Source: a virus. Taken from it: a DNA stretch of 64,000 nucleotides. The translations under genes and the position numbers were made by a program. This document shows, one piece after another, positions 9,476-20,000 of the stretch. The stretch lies in IMG/VR virus record IMGVR_UViG_3300033978_000477, positions 1 to 64,000 of that record. One strand, 5' to 3'. Each line of letters begins with the position of its first letter. Position 1 is the stretch's first letter. The notes beneath the pieces were generated by a model. It was given only the letters and a program-made list of their open reading frames with translations. It searched no databases and had not been told where the DNA came from.

Positions 9476-11693
9476 GATTCGCATCAAGATCGGCGCGTCG
9501 GTAGACCGCGGTCTTGAGAACGCGTTCCGGCCCCTGGAAGAGTCAGCAAAGCGCGCGAAGCGAACGCTCCGTACTGAGTTTGACGCGAGCGCCAAAGAGC
9601 AACTGAAGGCCCAACAGAAGGCCGACAGGGAGATGGCCAAGTCCGCGCGAGACGCGGCGCGAGAGCAGGCCAAGGCGGCCAGGGAAGCGGCAGCCCAGAA
9701 GACCAAGGCGGAGCGGGACGCAGCGAAGGAAGCCGCAAGGCTGGACCGTGAGCGAGTCCGCACGGCAGAGCGGGCAGAGCGAGACATCGTTCGGGCCAAG
9801 GAGAAGGCCGAGCGCGAGAAGGCTGAACTCACTAAGAAGGCCCAGCGCGAGGAAGAGCGCGCGCAAAGGGATGCTGTCCGCGCCGCAGAGAAGGCCGCGA
9901 AGGACCAAGCACGAGCCATCGCCAGGCAGCAACGGGAGCAGATTCGCGCGACTCATCAGGCGGAGCGCGACCATCGTAGACAGTCCCGCGCAGACCACTA
10001 CGACCGGATGCTTGCGTCTCGCAACGTCGGCCGCACCGTCGACAACATCGTCACTCCTGCCGCTCGCCTCGGGGGCAAGGGACTATCCTTTGCAAAGGGG
10101 GTCTTGAGCGACGTTGCCCAGGGCGCGGGCGCAGACTTCTCGCTGGCATCTCACGTCCAGAAGAACGTGAGCTTGGAGAAGAACGCAACAGACCTCACCA
10201 ACGCCGGCTACATGCCAGGGGAAAAGGGACAGGCCGGTATACGGCAAGACCCGCAAGCCCTCATCAGGGATGTCCGCAAGGCCGCTGATGCCACTGCCAC
10301 CGATGCCAACGTGGCCATGGAAGGCCTTCAGAAGTTCGTAGCCAAGACAGGCGACCTTCAGACCGGACGCGAAATCATCCAAGACTTGGCGAAGTACTCT
10401 CGCGCAACGGGCGCTGAGTTGGATGACATGGCCGACGCTGCCGGCGACGTTGCGAGCGCTCTAGGCGAAACGGACAACAAGGGCGAGAAGGTAAAGGCCG
10501 TCATGAAGGCCATCGCTGCCCAAGGCAAAGTGGGCGCGGTCGAGATCAAGGACCTCGCCACTCAGATGGCGAAGATCGGCGCATCAGCAACTCAGTTCAC
10601 CGGTGACGGTGCTGAGAACGTTGCGAAGATGGCTGCCATCTCCCAGGCCGCTCGCCAGAAGGGCGGTGCCGCAAGCGCCACCCAGGCCGCGCAGTCGACC
10701 ATGGGCTTCATGGCGACGTTCTCCAAGGCAGCCAGGCAGAACCAGTTCAAGGCGTACGGGGTCAACATCCGCGCTGCTGACGGCAAGGTTGCGGACCCAA
10801 AACAGATCATCATGGATTCGATTGCCGCAGCGGCTTCAGAGAAGCACGGCGGCATGGCCAACTTCGACAAGAACATGGGCAAGATGTTCATGGACTCTTC
10901 GTCGAAGCGAGCGACGCGCGGGTTCGAGGCGGTCTACAAGGACACCAAGGGCACGCACGAGCAGAAGATGGAAGCGGTGTCGAAGTACTTCGACAAGCTG
11001 GCCAATGCGACCATGAGCGAGACGGAGGTGATGGAATCATTCACCCGCTCGATGTCGACGACCGAAGCGCAAGCCCAGTTGGTCAACAACCAACTGTCCG
11101 CTGCTGCCCAAGAGTTGCAGAACAGCCTCCGACCAGCGATGGCCGGAATGGCCCCAGTGATGATTCAGGGGACGAAGGCCGTCACCGACTGGATCGGGAT
11201 GCTGACAGGCATCAAGGCCCAGATGTCGCAGGCGGCCGGTTACCGTACGTCGAACGAGTCCGGCAACGCGCGCCGACTTCTTGAAGGCGACACGTCCAAT
11301 GGTGTTGTTGGGCAAAACTACGATGTAGCCGTCAGCAAGCAGAAGGCGCTACAGGACGCAATCGCGGCCAAGGAAGCCGAGCACAAGAAGAACATCCTCC
11401 AGGACGAGGGCAAGCAGAAGCTCAGCCTCGCAAACCCAATGGGTGATGTCGGCGCGGCACTGTTCGACAAGTTCACTGGTCGCACTGAAGCGCGAAAGAA
11501 GAACCTCGACACGGAGCGCGAGGACCTTCGCCTGATGCGCGAAGAGAACGACAAGATGACGAAGGCCCTCGAAGGCGTTCGCCGCGGTCTCCTCGAAGGC
11601 ACGCTGAAGGTGGAGGTTGTGAACCAGCCGACGCCAGGACCTCCGGGCGCACCAACTAGCGGACGTTCGACGCAGACGCAGACCACACCATGA
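9468..11693 (+). CDS. Tail tape measure protein
   Basis: 741 aa, Ala/Lys/Glu-rich helical; QGKVGAVEIKDLA motif. Confidence 0.85.
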   Translation: MAEIRIKIGASVDRGLENAFRPLEESAKRAKRTLRTEFDASAKEQLKAQQKADREMAKSARDAAREQAKAAREAAAQKTKAERDAAKEAARLDRERVRTAERAERDIVRAKEKAEREKAELTKKAQREEERAQRDAVRAAEKAAKDQARAIARQQREQIRATHQAERDHRRQSRADHYDRMLASRNVGRTVDNIVTPAARLGGKGLSFAKGVLSDVAQGAGADFSLASHVQKNVSLEKNATDLTNAGYMPGEKGQAGIRQDPQALIRDVRKAADATATDANVAMEGLQKFVAKTGDLQTGREIIQDLAKYSRATGAELDDMADAAGDVASALGETDNKGEKVKAVMKAIAAQGKVGAVEIKDLATQMAKIGASATQFTGDGAENVAKMAAISQAARQKGGAASATQAAQSTMGFMATFSKAARQNQFKAYGVNIRAADGKVADPKQIIMDSIAAAASEKHGGMANFDKNMGKMFMDSSSKRATRGFEAVYKDTKGTHEQKMEAVSKYFDKLANATMSETEVMESFTRSMSTTEAQAQLVNNQLSAAAQELQNSLRPAMAGMAPVMIQGTKAVTDWIGMLTGIKAQMSQAAGYRTSNESGNARRLLEGDTSNGVVGQNYDVAVSKQKALQDAIAAKEAEHKKNILQDEGKQKLSLANPMGDVGAALFDKFTGRTEARKKNLDTEREDLRLMREENDKMTKALEGVRRGLLEGTLKVEVVNQPTPGPPGAPTSGRSTQTQTTP

Positions 11694-12643
11694 GCCGAGT
11701 ATTCACCGTTCACCGGAAGGCTGGCTTCTTCGGCCGAGTCTTCCCGGTGACCGATTGCGTGATCACTGGCGGCATCCGCCACCACGTACACGAATACCCG
11801 CACACCCCAGGCGGCGACACCGAGCCGATGGGGCGCAAGCTCTACACGATTCGGATGCGGGCATTCTTCGGAAGCGTCCCAGGCTCCAAGCTCAACCGGG
11901 ACTACCCGGACCTCTACCCGACGACGTTGCAGATCCTGCGAGCGGCGTTCGAGGAGGAGAAGGTTGCCGACCTGCTCATCCCAACGGTGGGCACCATCAA
12001 GGCGCGCGCTGTTGGCTGGACGCAAACGATGTCGTCGGGGAACCTCTCCGGCGAGACGATGGAACTGGAGTTCCTCGAAGAGTACGAGAACCAGTACCTC
12101 GACAACTCCGGGTCGGTAGACATCAACATCGACGTCGATGCGGCGAACGACGCGCTCCAAACGGCAGCGGCGGCCAAGCTGGCTGACCTCGACACCGGCG
12201 AGTTCGGCAATCCAGAGCCGCGCATCGAGAAGGCAACCAGCCTGTTCCAGTCGCTCAACGATGCGGTAGGTGCAGTGCTCGCCATCCGCGACACGGTGGA
12301 CGTCGCGGCGCGGCTCATCGAGGCCAAGCTGCTGAAGGTCGCTGACTTGTGCCGCGAGGTCGACAGGACACTCGGGACACTGCAAGGCGCGGACTTCGTC
12401 CGGGTGATGCAGGCTAACCGGGACCTCTGGCAGAGCGTCAACGAGACCATCGAGAACGTCACCAAGAAGCCGAGCCCGCTCCAGTACTACGAGACGCCGA
12501 AGCTGATGGGCGTCAACGAGGTTGCCATTGCCCTGTCCAAGTACGGGGTGAAGCCGGTGGACCTGCTCTCGCTCAACGGATTCGAGGATGCGTTTGCCAT
12601 CCCACCCGGCTACCGCGTCAAGTACCTGAACCTCGCAGCCTGA
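11690..12643 (+). CDS. Mu gpN-like (DNA circularization N-terminal domain) tail initiator protein
   Basis: RHHVHEYP...DTEPMGRK motif; C-terminal LysM-like LLSLNG..DAFAIPPG. Confidence 0.75.
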   Translation: MSRVFTVHRKAGFFGRVFPVTDCVITGGIRHHVHEYPHTPGGDTEPMGRKLYTIRMRAFFGSVPGSKLNRDYPDLYPTTLQILRAAFEEEKVADLLIPTVGTIKARAVGWTQTMSSGNLSGETMELEFLEEYENQYLDNSGSVDINIDVDAANDALQTAAAAKLADLDTGEFGNPEPRIEKATSLFQSLNDAVGAVLAIRDTVDVAARLIEAKLLKVADLCREVDRTLGTLQGADFVRVMQANRDLWQSVNETIENVTKKPSPLQYYETPKLMGVNEVAIALSKYGVKPVDLLSLNGFEDAFAIPPGYRVKYLNLAA

Positions 12644-12646
12644 CCC

Positions 12647-13801
12647 ATGGCCAACATCGGCAAAGACGGCGAGCTGGACGACCGCGTCCGGCTGAAGCTT
12701 GGGGGCGTCGAGACGAAGAACTTCGAGTCCTACTCGGTCAGCACGGCAGTACTGACGCAACCGTCGGCATTCTCCGTCCGGCTCGGCTCGTCCGAAGTCG
12801 CGGCCAAGTTCTTCCAGAAGTACCCGCCACGGACCGCGTTCCAGTTGATGATCGGCGACCTCGCCCAGTTCACTGGCGAGACCGACGGGTTCCAGGGAAC
12901 TGGCAGCGCCACATCTACCAGCATCACCCTGAAGGGCAGGGACCTCCTTGCTCGCTTGCATGATGCAGACGTCACCGCAGACACCCCGTATGCAGAGGTG
13001 ACATACGAGGACATGGTCAAGGCGGCCATGAAGGAGGTCGGTCTTGGGGATCGCCTTCTCATCGTTGGCAATGCCGTCTCGCGCGAAGCGAAGGTTGGCC
13101 GCAAGATCAGCGGCACCGAGCCGCAGGTCAGTAGCTTGGTGACGCAGACCGTCGGTGCAGGCGGACTCGTCCGGCAAAGCGTCCGCGCGAAGATGGGCGA
13201 GACGTGGCTGAACTTCTGCCTTCGGCACCTCGAAAGCGTCGGCCTGTTCCTCTGGACAGACTTCGAGGGGAACCTCGTTCTCTCCAAGCCCAACCCGAAC
13301 CAGAAGCCTTCCTATCGGTTCATCCGCGAGGTGGGCAGCCGCACCAACCGCGTCAACATCACCGACTGGTCATTCAACAACGACACCACCCACCGCTTCA
13401 GCGAGATCGTCACGTGGGGCAGGGCGCCCGGTAGGGGCAAGGGACGCGGCAAGATCAAGGGCGACCTCGACGACGCCGAGATGATTGAGTGGGGCTACGA
13501 CCGCCCCAAGGTCTTCCACGACAGCGACATCACCAACGGGCAGAGCGCGATTGCGCTAGCCAAGCGGCGAATGGGTGAGGCCAACCGCGCCGGCTGGCAA
13601 CTGACCTACACCTTCCAAGGTCACACGGTCCCATCGATTGACGGGCGCAGCCGAGTGGTTGTTGCTCCCGACACGGTCGCCCAGGTGCAGGACGATGAAC
13701 TCGGCATCAACGAGCCGCTCTACATCGAGAGCGTCGAGTACCACTGCCCGCCGACGCAGACGGTAGTAACGATGATGCGGCTCAAAGACGTTGTCTTCTG
13801 A
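12647..13801 (+). CDS. Baseplate hub (Mu gpP/gp44-like)
   Basis: ESYSV, ITLKGRDLLARLHD, GETW..F motifs. Confidence 0.8.
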   Translation: MANIGKDGELDDRVRLKLGGVETKNFESYSVSTAVLTQPSAFSVRLGSSEVAAKFFQKYPPRTAFQLMIGDLAQFTGETDGFQGTGSATSTSITLKGRDLLARLHDADVTADTPYAEVTYEDMVKAAMKEVGLGDRLLIVGNAVSREAKVGRKISGTEPQVSSLVTQTVGAGGLVRQSVRAKMGETWLNFCLRHLESVGLFLWTDFEGNLVLSKPNPNQKPSYRFIREVGSRTNRVNITDWSFNNDTTHRFSEIVTWGRAPGRGKGRGKIKGDLDDAEMIEWGYDRPKVFHDSDITNGQSAIALAKRRMGEANRAGWQLTYTFQGHTVPSIDGRSRVVVAPDTVAQVQDDELGINEPLYIESVEYHCPPTQTVVTMMRLKDVVF

Positions 13802-14589
13802 TGGACCAACTATCCTTTCACTTCGGCGTAGCCACTGGCTCAGAGTACGACGAAGACAACCACATCGGCATCCAGATTGACCACTTCGGCGAGGCCGGCA
13901 GTGTTCCCGCTGAGACGGTGATGCCCTTCGGCCTTCTGGCTCGTCCGCTTGACCCCGAGGTTGACGGAGACGCCTCCCCGCAAGAGGGCTGCACCCTCAT
14001 GTGGAACGAGGAAGGCTCGCGCACCAACGCGATGCCCCTCTCGGACAACCGCGTCACGAAGCTCCTGCCCAAGCTCCGCAAGGGCGGGTCAATGCTCTAC
14101 TGCGGGGCCGGCAACTACGCGCTGTTCGACGGCAAGGATCCGACGGACGAAACCAAGCGCGCCGGCTCCTATTACGTTGGCGTGAAGTACGGAGCCAAGA
14201 GTCACCTGCTCGGCATGGTGACGCGGGAGAGCGGGCAGGAGTTCGTCACCCTGGTGCATGGCGAAGGTCACGGCCTGATGCTCACGGCGAGTGGCAGCGC
14301 CATCCTGAAGAACAAGAGCGGCAACGCGTACATCGAAGCTTCGGACGATGGCATCAACATCGCTGGAAACGTCTCGCTCGTTGGGACATTCCAGGCTGGA
14401 GACCCGGCAACGGCTGGTTCGCTTGTGCTTGCATCACAACTGCTTTCGCTGATGCAGGCCATGGAGGCCAAGCTGATTGCTGGCATCGCGCTAGCGTCTG
14501 CAACGTTCGCGGGTGGTGTGGTCATCCCGCCAAGCATCAACGCTGGACTCGTCGCGAGCATCGGCACGAAGCAGATCAAGGCGACATGA
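13801..14589 (+). CDS. Baseplate spike (Mu gp45-like)
   Basis: MPFGLLARP, D.R...L..G...LY; beta-rich C-terminus; follows the hub. Confidence 0.65.
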   Translation: MDQLSFHFGVATGSEYDEDNHIGIQIDHFGEAGSVPAETVMPFGLLARPLDPEVDGDASPQEGCTLMWNEEGSRTNAMPLSDNRVTKLLPKLRKGGSMLYCGAGNYALFDGKDPTDETKRAGSYYVGVKYGAKSHLLGMVTRESGQEFVTLVHGEGHGLMLTASGSAILKNKSGNAYIEASDDGINIAGNVSLVGTFQAGDPATAGSLVLASQLLSLMQAMEAKLIAGIALASATFAGGVVIPPSINAGLVASIGTKQIKAT

Positions 14590-14915
14590 GTTGCGGGTAC
14601 CCGACGCTGCAACTCTCGTTGCCAGGCATCGACATCCCGGCAGTCAGAATACCGGGAGTGCCAACGCTTCCGGGGTTCGACGTCGACCTAGATGCGACAC
14701 TGCCAACGCCAACAGCGCAACTCTCGCTCCCTGGCATCGACATCCCCGCTGTACGTATCCCCAAGGTCCCAACAATCCCTGGGCTGGATGTTGACTTGGA
14801 CCCAAGCCTTCCGTTCCCAACGGCGCAACTCTCGTTGCCGGGCGTCGGTATCGGCGCCCCACGAATCCCATCACTCCCGACCCTTCCAACTCTCCCTTGC
14901 CCCTTCGACGAATGA
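14586..14915 (+). CDS. Proline-rich 36-aa repeat protein (109 aa), possible spike tip
   Basis: ATGA coupling; three QLSLPG..I...RIP..PT.P units, 108-nt period. Confidence 0.65.
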   Translation: MSCGYPTLQLSLPGIDIPAVRIPGVPTLPGFDVDLDATLPTPTAQLSLPGIDIPAVRIPKVPTIPGLDVDLDPSLPFPTAQLSLPGVGIGAPRIPSLPTLPTLPCPFDE

Positions 14916-14918
14916 ACC

Positions 14919-15377
14919 ATGGGAGCCGGTAGCACTTCAGCAGGGTCGACCCCCGCAGGTCTCGACACCGTCGTATCAAGCGGGCGAGTTGAGTTGCCGG
15001 CGCTCAAGTCGCCGCTCTACGACCCTGCCATTCGCGGCTTTGCCATGCAGAGCGCGGGTGACTACCCCATCCAGGTTCATCCCGTCATCGAACGGGCATC
15101 GATGCTCATCGGCATGAGGCGAGGGGCGAGCCCTTCAAGCCAAGACGTTGGCTTGCGCTTGGAGGAGATCCGCAAGGCTTCAGACGAAGACGTCCAGAAC
15201 GTTGCGGCGGACGAGGTCAACATCGCCCTCAAGCCGTTGCTGGACGCGCGAGACATCAAGGTGGTTGCGGTCGAAGTGATCCGCGATCTCTGGGGAACAC
15301 GCGCAGCGATGGTTGTGACAGTCGCAAACCTTCGGGAGCCCGGTGCCCCATCAGTCCCCATCCGCAGGGCGTTCTAA
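14919..15377 (+). CDS. Baseplate wedge protein (gp25/Mu gp46-like)
   Basis: GASPS..DVG.RL; ALKPLLD..DIKVVAV; position before baseplate J. Confidence 0.6.
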   Translation: MGAGSTSAGSTPAGLDTVVSSGRVELPALKSPLYDPAIRGFAMQSAGDYPIQVHPVIERASMLIGMRRGASPSSQDVGLRLEEIRKASDEDVQNVAADEVNIALKPLLDARDIKVVAVEVIRDLWGTRAAMVVTVANLREPGAPSVPIRRAF

Positions 15378-15380
15378 CAA

Positions 15381-16847
15381 ATGAGCACTGACGATCTTCC
15401 GAGTGAGTTCTTCGTCCCGTCTCGGGATGAGATCGCGCTCCAGTACCAGCGGGACTACAAGTTCCACCAGCCGACCGCCGTTGTCGGCGCTGGCACCGCC
15501 GCCGCTGCCCGAGGCAACGCACTCGCGGATACCCTGCTCCCGCTGTACGCGGATGCCAAGGCCGTTGCGCAAGACGCGAAGCTTGCGGACATGACCGAGG
15601 CCGGGCTGAACAAGGAGGCCACCGCTATCGGCATTGCGACGCGGTTGCCGCCGTCGGCTGCCACTGGCTACGTGACCATCACCGCATCGACCGGCGGCGG
15701 GACCATCCAAGCCGGCGACGAACTGCGGGACCCCAAGACGCAGATCCGTGCCCGCGTGCTGCGGACGGACCTCTACACGCAAGGCTCGTCCTGCGCCATT
15801 GAGACAATCGACACCGGCCCGACGGCGAACCTCGCCGAAGGCACCCGGATGACGTGGGTGACGCAGCGGCCGGGCATTGGCTCCACCGCAACCGTCGCAG
15901 GGCAGAACGGTGCCGGCCTCGAAGGCGGTAGGGACCAAGAGACGCTGGACGAGATGCGGGCTCGCATCGCTGACGCCAAGGCCAACCCGGCCAGCGCCGG
16001 CAACGATGCGGAGATTCGGAAGGTCGTCCGCGAGACCCCGAACGTCCCCGTTCAGGAGGTCTTCACCTACGCATGCAGCGATGGCCCAGGGACGACCGCC
16101 TACGCGTTCACCCTTCGCCCCGCTACTGCCGGAGGGTCGCGCGCCCCAAGCTCTGCACAAGTCGGCCTGACGCTGGCAAACGTCATCGGAGAGCTACCCA
16201 AGGATGACGGCATCATTGCGTGCCTGACGGTTGAGGAGCCGACGTACACCGAGCTTGCCGTTCGGTGGGTTGCCGATGCGCCCGGATGGGCAGACATCTC
16301 CCCATGGCCCAGCTCCGTAACGCTCGTCCTGTCGGCGGGCCTCACGGATGCCTACAACTTCAGCGTCAGCACCGAGCCGAAGGTTGGGGCGACGTTCGCG
16401 CTCTACAACCCGGACACTGGCAAGTTCTCTCGCAAGAAGGTCCTGTCCTACAGCCCGGTGATGGGCGGATATGCCGTTTTCTGCGACCAGACCAATGGCG
16501 CGAGTGACGCATACCTTCCGGTTGCGCTGCAATCGGTCTCCCCTTGGAGTGACTCACTGGACCTGCTGTTGCCGCCCCTGGTTGGCGTCTACGACGGCGT
16601 TGGACCTGGCGAGATGGTGGCGAGCTTCTTCGACGAAGGGATGCGGCAGAAACGCAACCCGGCGACGAACCCGAGGCGCTACCCGCACACACTGACCGGG
16701 AAGTCCTTCGATCCGGTCGAGGACATCCCTGACGTTGACGAGTTGCAGGTCAACAGCCCGACGCTTCCGTACGTGACGCCGGTCGGGACGCTCAACGTTT
16801 CGGTCAACCTCCTGACCCTTGGCGACATCGCCGTTTACCCGCTCTGA
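15381..16847 (+). CDS. Baseplate J-like protein (Mu gp47-like)
   Basis: R.PPSAATG, GPTANLAEGT, GGRDQETLDEMRARI, PASAGN motifs. Confidence 0.85.
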   Translation: MSTDDLPSEFFVPSRDEIALQYQRDYKFHQPTAVVGAGTAAAARGNALADTLLPLYADAKAVAQDAKLADMTEAGLNKEATAIGIATRLPPSAATGYVTITASTGGGTIQAGDELRDPKTQIRARVLRTDLYTQGSSCAIETIDTGPTANLAEGTRMTWVTQRPGIGSTATVAGQNGAGLEGGRDQETLDEMRARIADAKANPASAGNDAEIRKVVRETPNVPVQEVFTYACSDGPGTTAYAFTLRPATAGGSRAPSSAQVGLTLANVIGELPKDDGIIACLTVEEPTYTELAVRWVADAPGWADISPWPSSVTLVLSAGLTDAYNFSVSTEPKVGATFALYNPDTGKFSRKKVLSYSPVMGGYAVFCDQTNGASDAYLPVALQSVSPWSDSLDLLLPPLVGVYDGVGPGEMVASFFDEGMRQKRNPATNPRRYPHTLTGKSFDPVEDIPDVDELQVNSPTLPYVTPVGTLNVSVNLLTLGDIAVYPL

Positions 16848-16856
16848 GGACGACGA

Positions 16857-17342
16857 ATGGCAGCCACCGCAAACCTCACCTTCGACAACGTTGTCGCGAC
16901 GCGTCCGACGCTCGCGGAGCTTGGCGGGGCGACGAAGGAAGACCATCCGAAGTACCCGCCGAACCCGGCGACGATGGCGACCGCGAACGAGTACAACCAC
17001 TTCACCAAGCTGCTCCAAGGCTTGGCGAACGTCACCCCATCGGTGAGCATCTGGATTCAATTCACGTCAGGCACTCCAGCAGTGAGCGCGATCCGGGCGG
17101 TTGGCAGTACCGTCGTCAGCGGAGACTTCACCGTTACCGACAACGGCGCGGGTGACACCACCATCTCCTGGGCGGCGGGCAAGCTGCCCAACCCAACGGG
17201 GCAAGGCGCAGCCGTCAGCCTTACGGCGGACGTCGAGATTGACCGCGTCCGCGCGTACTACCCGACCACCACGTCAGTGCGGGTGAAGACGAAGCTTTCG
17301 GCAACTGGCACTGACGCAGACTTCCTCGTCCAGATCATCTAA
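16857..17342 (+). CDS. Baseplate/virion structural protein
   Basis: Thr-rich beta protein within the baseplate operon. Confidence 0.5.
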   Translation: MAATANLTFDNVVATRPTLAELGGATKEDHPKYPPNPATMATANEYNHFTKLLQGLANVTPSVSIWIQFTSGTPAVSAIRAVGSTVVSGDFTVTDNGAGDTTISWAAGKLPNPTGQGAAVSLTADVEIDRVRAYYPTTTSVRVKTKLSATGTDADFLVQII

Positions 17343-17346
17343 GCCG

Positions 17347-18333
17347 ATGCCCCTCTTCTCCGCATTCACCCCGTTCGGCATGCTGGACTTCTCCAGCCAG
17401 GACAGCGACGCCGAGAAGGCGTACCGCGCGCTCAAGGCGAACTACGGCGAGGAAGCGTTCGACTACACCATCGGCACCGAACACGAGGCCGACGTCTACG
17501 CGACGGCAATGGCCATCGGCGCGGCCAAGGCGACCATCCGCCGGGCAGGCAACCAGCACAACCCAGCAACCGCTTTCGAGTTGCTCCCCGCGCATGAGGC
17601 AGCCTTTGGCCTCGTCCCGGCCCGTGGCGCCTCTCTGGCGAGCCGGCAGGCAGCGGCAGCGGCAAGGAATAGGGTCCTGAGGGGCTCGCGTCCTGAGGCC
17701 ATCCAGGAGGCACTGGAGGGGGTTCTCGGGTCAGACCTCCTGGCCATCCGCGTTCTGACCGTCGCAGAGTCGGACCAATGGCCGACAAGCATTGTCGATG
17801 CCGGCCCTGGGCTCTACTCCGACCCCCGCAAACCGCTCAAGTTCATCAAGCTCCTGGACCCCGTAGCGGGCGCACTCGATGGCATCACCCCCATCGAGTT
17901 GACTCTGCCCTACGAGAACTGGGACACCACCGATACGCCCGTCACCCTGGCCCGCGGGGAGCTTCTCCTGGTGGAGCCTGAGATCCCCGACGAGGCAGAG
18001 GTTGTCGAGGTGACCGAAGTCGCGACCGTCGGCGGGGTGAAGACATTCACCGCCGAGTTCCTCCGCGCTCACAACTTCGAGTCCGCAGCGACAACGCGCC
18101 CCACTCCCATCCGAACATCGACCAAGCGGCACTACCTCATCGTCGTCACCGCAAGCGCTTCGCTTGACGCCGTCATCCGCAAACAGGTGAACGAGACGAT
18201 GCAGCGGATGGTACGCGGCGTGTCGACCTGGAACATCGTCCAGCCGTACGACATCCCGTCTCGTGTGGTTGGCCCATTCTTCTTGAACCAATCCGGTCTC
18301 GGTGTCGTCACCATCGAACAGATCACCTACTGA
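17347..18333 (+). CDS. Baseplate wedge protein (Mu gp48/YmfQ-like)
   Basis: NP.TA.ELLP.HE..FGL......SLA.RQ motif. Confidence 0.7.
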   Translation: MPLFSAFTPFGMLDFSSQDSDAEKAYRALKANYGEEAFDYTIGTEHEADVYATAMAIGAAKATIRRAGNQHNPATAFELLPAHEAAFGLVPARGASLASRQAAAAARNRVLRGSRPEAIQEALEGVLGSDLLAIRVLTVAESDQWPTSIVDAGPGLYSDPRKPLKFIKLLDPVAGALDGITPIELTLPYENWDTTDTPVTLARGELLLVEPEIPDEAEVVEVTEVATVGGVKTFTAEFLRAHNFESAATTRPTPIRTSTKRHYLIVVTASASLDAVIRKQVNETMQRMVRGVSTWNIVQPYDIPSRVVGPFFLNQSGLGVVTIEQITY

Positions 18334-18336
18334 CCC

Positions 18337-19167
18337 ATGGCTCACAACACGCGCAGACTCACGGACGCAGGGACCGTCATCGGGACCAGTGCGGACCTTG
18401 CCGACGCGTTCCGGGACATTGACGAGACCACCACCAAGGCACTGAATGGGGCGGACGGCGGAACGTTCACCGCGGCTGCCACCATCACCATCGGCGGGGC
18501 CGGTGTGCAGTTGGCCTGTCCGGTGGACATGAATGGTGCTGCGATTGCGGCAACATCAACGAATCCGCTCACCCACGGAGCCCTGACCGCAACCGACGAC
18601 TACATTCGACTTGGCCCTGGGCACACGGGATCAACGCGAACGTTCAGGCAGTGGTTGGCGCCCGTCATCAGTCCCGAAATCTTTTGGGTCACGTCCGCCG
18701 ACCTTGAGGAGGGGAGCGCAGCTACATCGCGCTTTCCAGGCAATCGGTTTGCAGCGAGACTTCGCGTGCATGACGGGGCCACGCTCGCGAGCGTAGTTGT
18801 CAGGTGGAAGGTCAAGTGGGCGCATGCAGCACTTCCGGCGAAGCTCCCGGTGTTCCGTGTGATCCGGACAGACACCAACGGTGATGTCCAAGTGTTGCGG
18901 GCAGACTCGGGACTGGCAAGCGATGGGTTCATTGGCCTGGCCGCCAACCCATCAAACCTATCCAATTATCAGGCATCGAACGGTCCGCAGGACAGTGCGA
19001 CGTACGTCTGCGATCAGAACAACGTCGTTGACGTTTCCAAGTATGACTACCTGGTAGAGATCATCGACGAAGACGGAACCAATGCCTTCGACCAGTACGT
19101 CAGAGGCAACGTCTTCTACTGGGCCGAGACCACCGTCGACTTCATCACCAGCCTGAGGCCGCAATGA
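18337..19167 (+). CDS. Tail fibre-associated protein, paralog 1
   Basis: NGADGGTF, RVHDGATL, DQNNVVDVSKYDY shared with the next two genes. Confidence 0.6.
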   Translation: MAHNTRRLTDAGTVIGTSADLADAFRDIDETTTKALNGADGGTFTAAATITIGGAGVQLACPVDMNGAAIAATSTNPLTHGALTATDDYIRLGPGHTGSTRTFRQWLAPVISPEIFWVTSADLEEGSAATSRFPGNRFAARLRVHDGATLASVVVRWKVKWAHAALPAKLPVFRVIRTDTNGDVQVLRADSGLASDGFIGLAANPSNLSNYQASNGPQDSATYVCDQNNVVDVSKYDYLVEIIDEDGTNAFDQYVRGNVFYWAETTVDFITSLRPQ

Positions 19168-19997
19168 GTGCACGAAGCAAGGTGCGTCCTGGCGGTCAGT
19201 GGTACGGCACGACGACCATCGGTCCACGGCAGCTATGCGCACTTGACCAACGCGTTTCCGAACTCATCAACATCGATGGCGGCACGTGGAACCCGACGAA
19301 CCACATCACCTTCGGCGGAGTCGGGCTCAAGCTGAATGGTGTCGGTGGCCTCACTGGTGGTGTCACCACGAAGATGGGCTATGGCGGAGATGAGCCGCGG
19401 ATCCGCTTGCCAGCCAGCACGTGGCCATCGTTCTCGACGCCATCAACGCGCACGCGCAGCATCTTCGTGCCGGCGACCGGTATAGAGAATGGGGCGTTCG
19501 TCGCCTCGTTCCCGACGATGACGTTCGTCAACAGCGATGGTGTCCCTGTCCGCTACAGGTACGAACTTCCGACGTTCCCGGATCTCTATGGCGTGATGTC
19601 GGTCCCGCAAATGCGGTTCCACGACGGCGCGACACTGACGAAGGCGACGTTCTACTACAAGTTCATTGGGCCGAAGCTGTTGGGTACTGAGAGGCTTGGG
19701 GTGTTTCGGGTGGATGCCTCAAATACCATCCAAGCTCTTTGCACCACACACACCAGTTCTGGGATCGTTTACTCGGATGCCACCACGTACACCGGTGGGG
19801 CAAAGAGGGACGTGTCAACCGCTGACGCGTACTATGCCGACGGGGCCACAATCGCCCTTGAGTTCGTTCCGGATCAGTACAACGTCATCGACACGAGCGC
19901 GTACGTCTATCAGGTGCGAGCGTACTTCGAAGATGTGTGGCCCATCATCTACGGGGTGAAGTTCGACTTCACCATTCCAAACAGGCGCTACGAGTAG
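19164..19997 (+). CDS. Tail fibre-associated protein, paralog 2
   Basis: NIDGGTW, RFHDGATL, DQYNVIDTSAYVY. Confidence 0.6.
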   Translation: MSARSKVRPGGQWYGTTTIGPRQLCALDQRVSELINIDGGTWNPTNHITFGGVGLKLNGVGGLTGGVTTKMGYGGDEPRIRLPASTWPSFSTPSTRTRSIFVPATGIENGAFVASFPTMTFVNSDGVPVRYRYELPTFPDLYGVMSVPQMRFHDGATLTKATFYYKFIGPKLLGTERLGVFRVDASNTIQALCTTHTSSGIVYSDATTYTGGAKRDVSTADAYYADGATIALEFVPDQYNVIDTSAYVYQVRAYFEDVWPIIYGVKFDFTIPNRRYE

Positions 19998-20000
19998 CCA

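Noticed and set aside
11318-13228. Long antisense ORFs (636 aa here and many others in the track)
   Set aside because: They are shadows of high-GC codon bias opposite well-supported genes
1-18333. Transposable Mu-like phage or a contractile injection system
   Set aside because: Capsid and portal genes plus a tyrosine integrase with attP are present, and no transposase is seen
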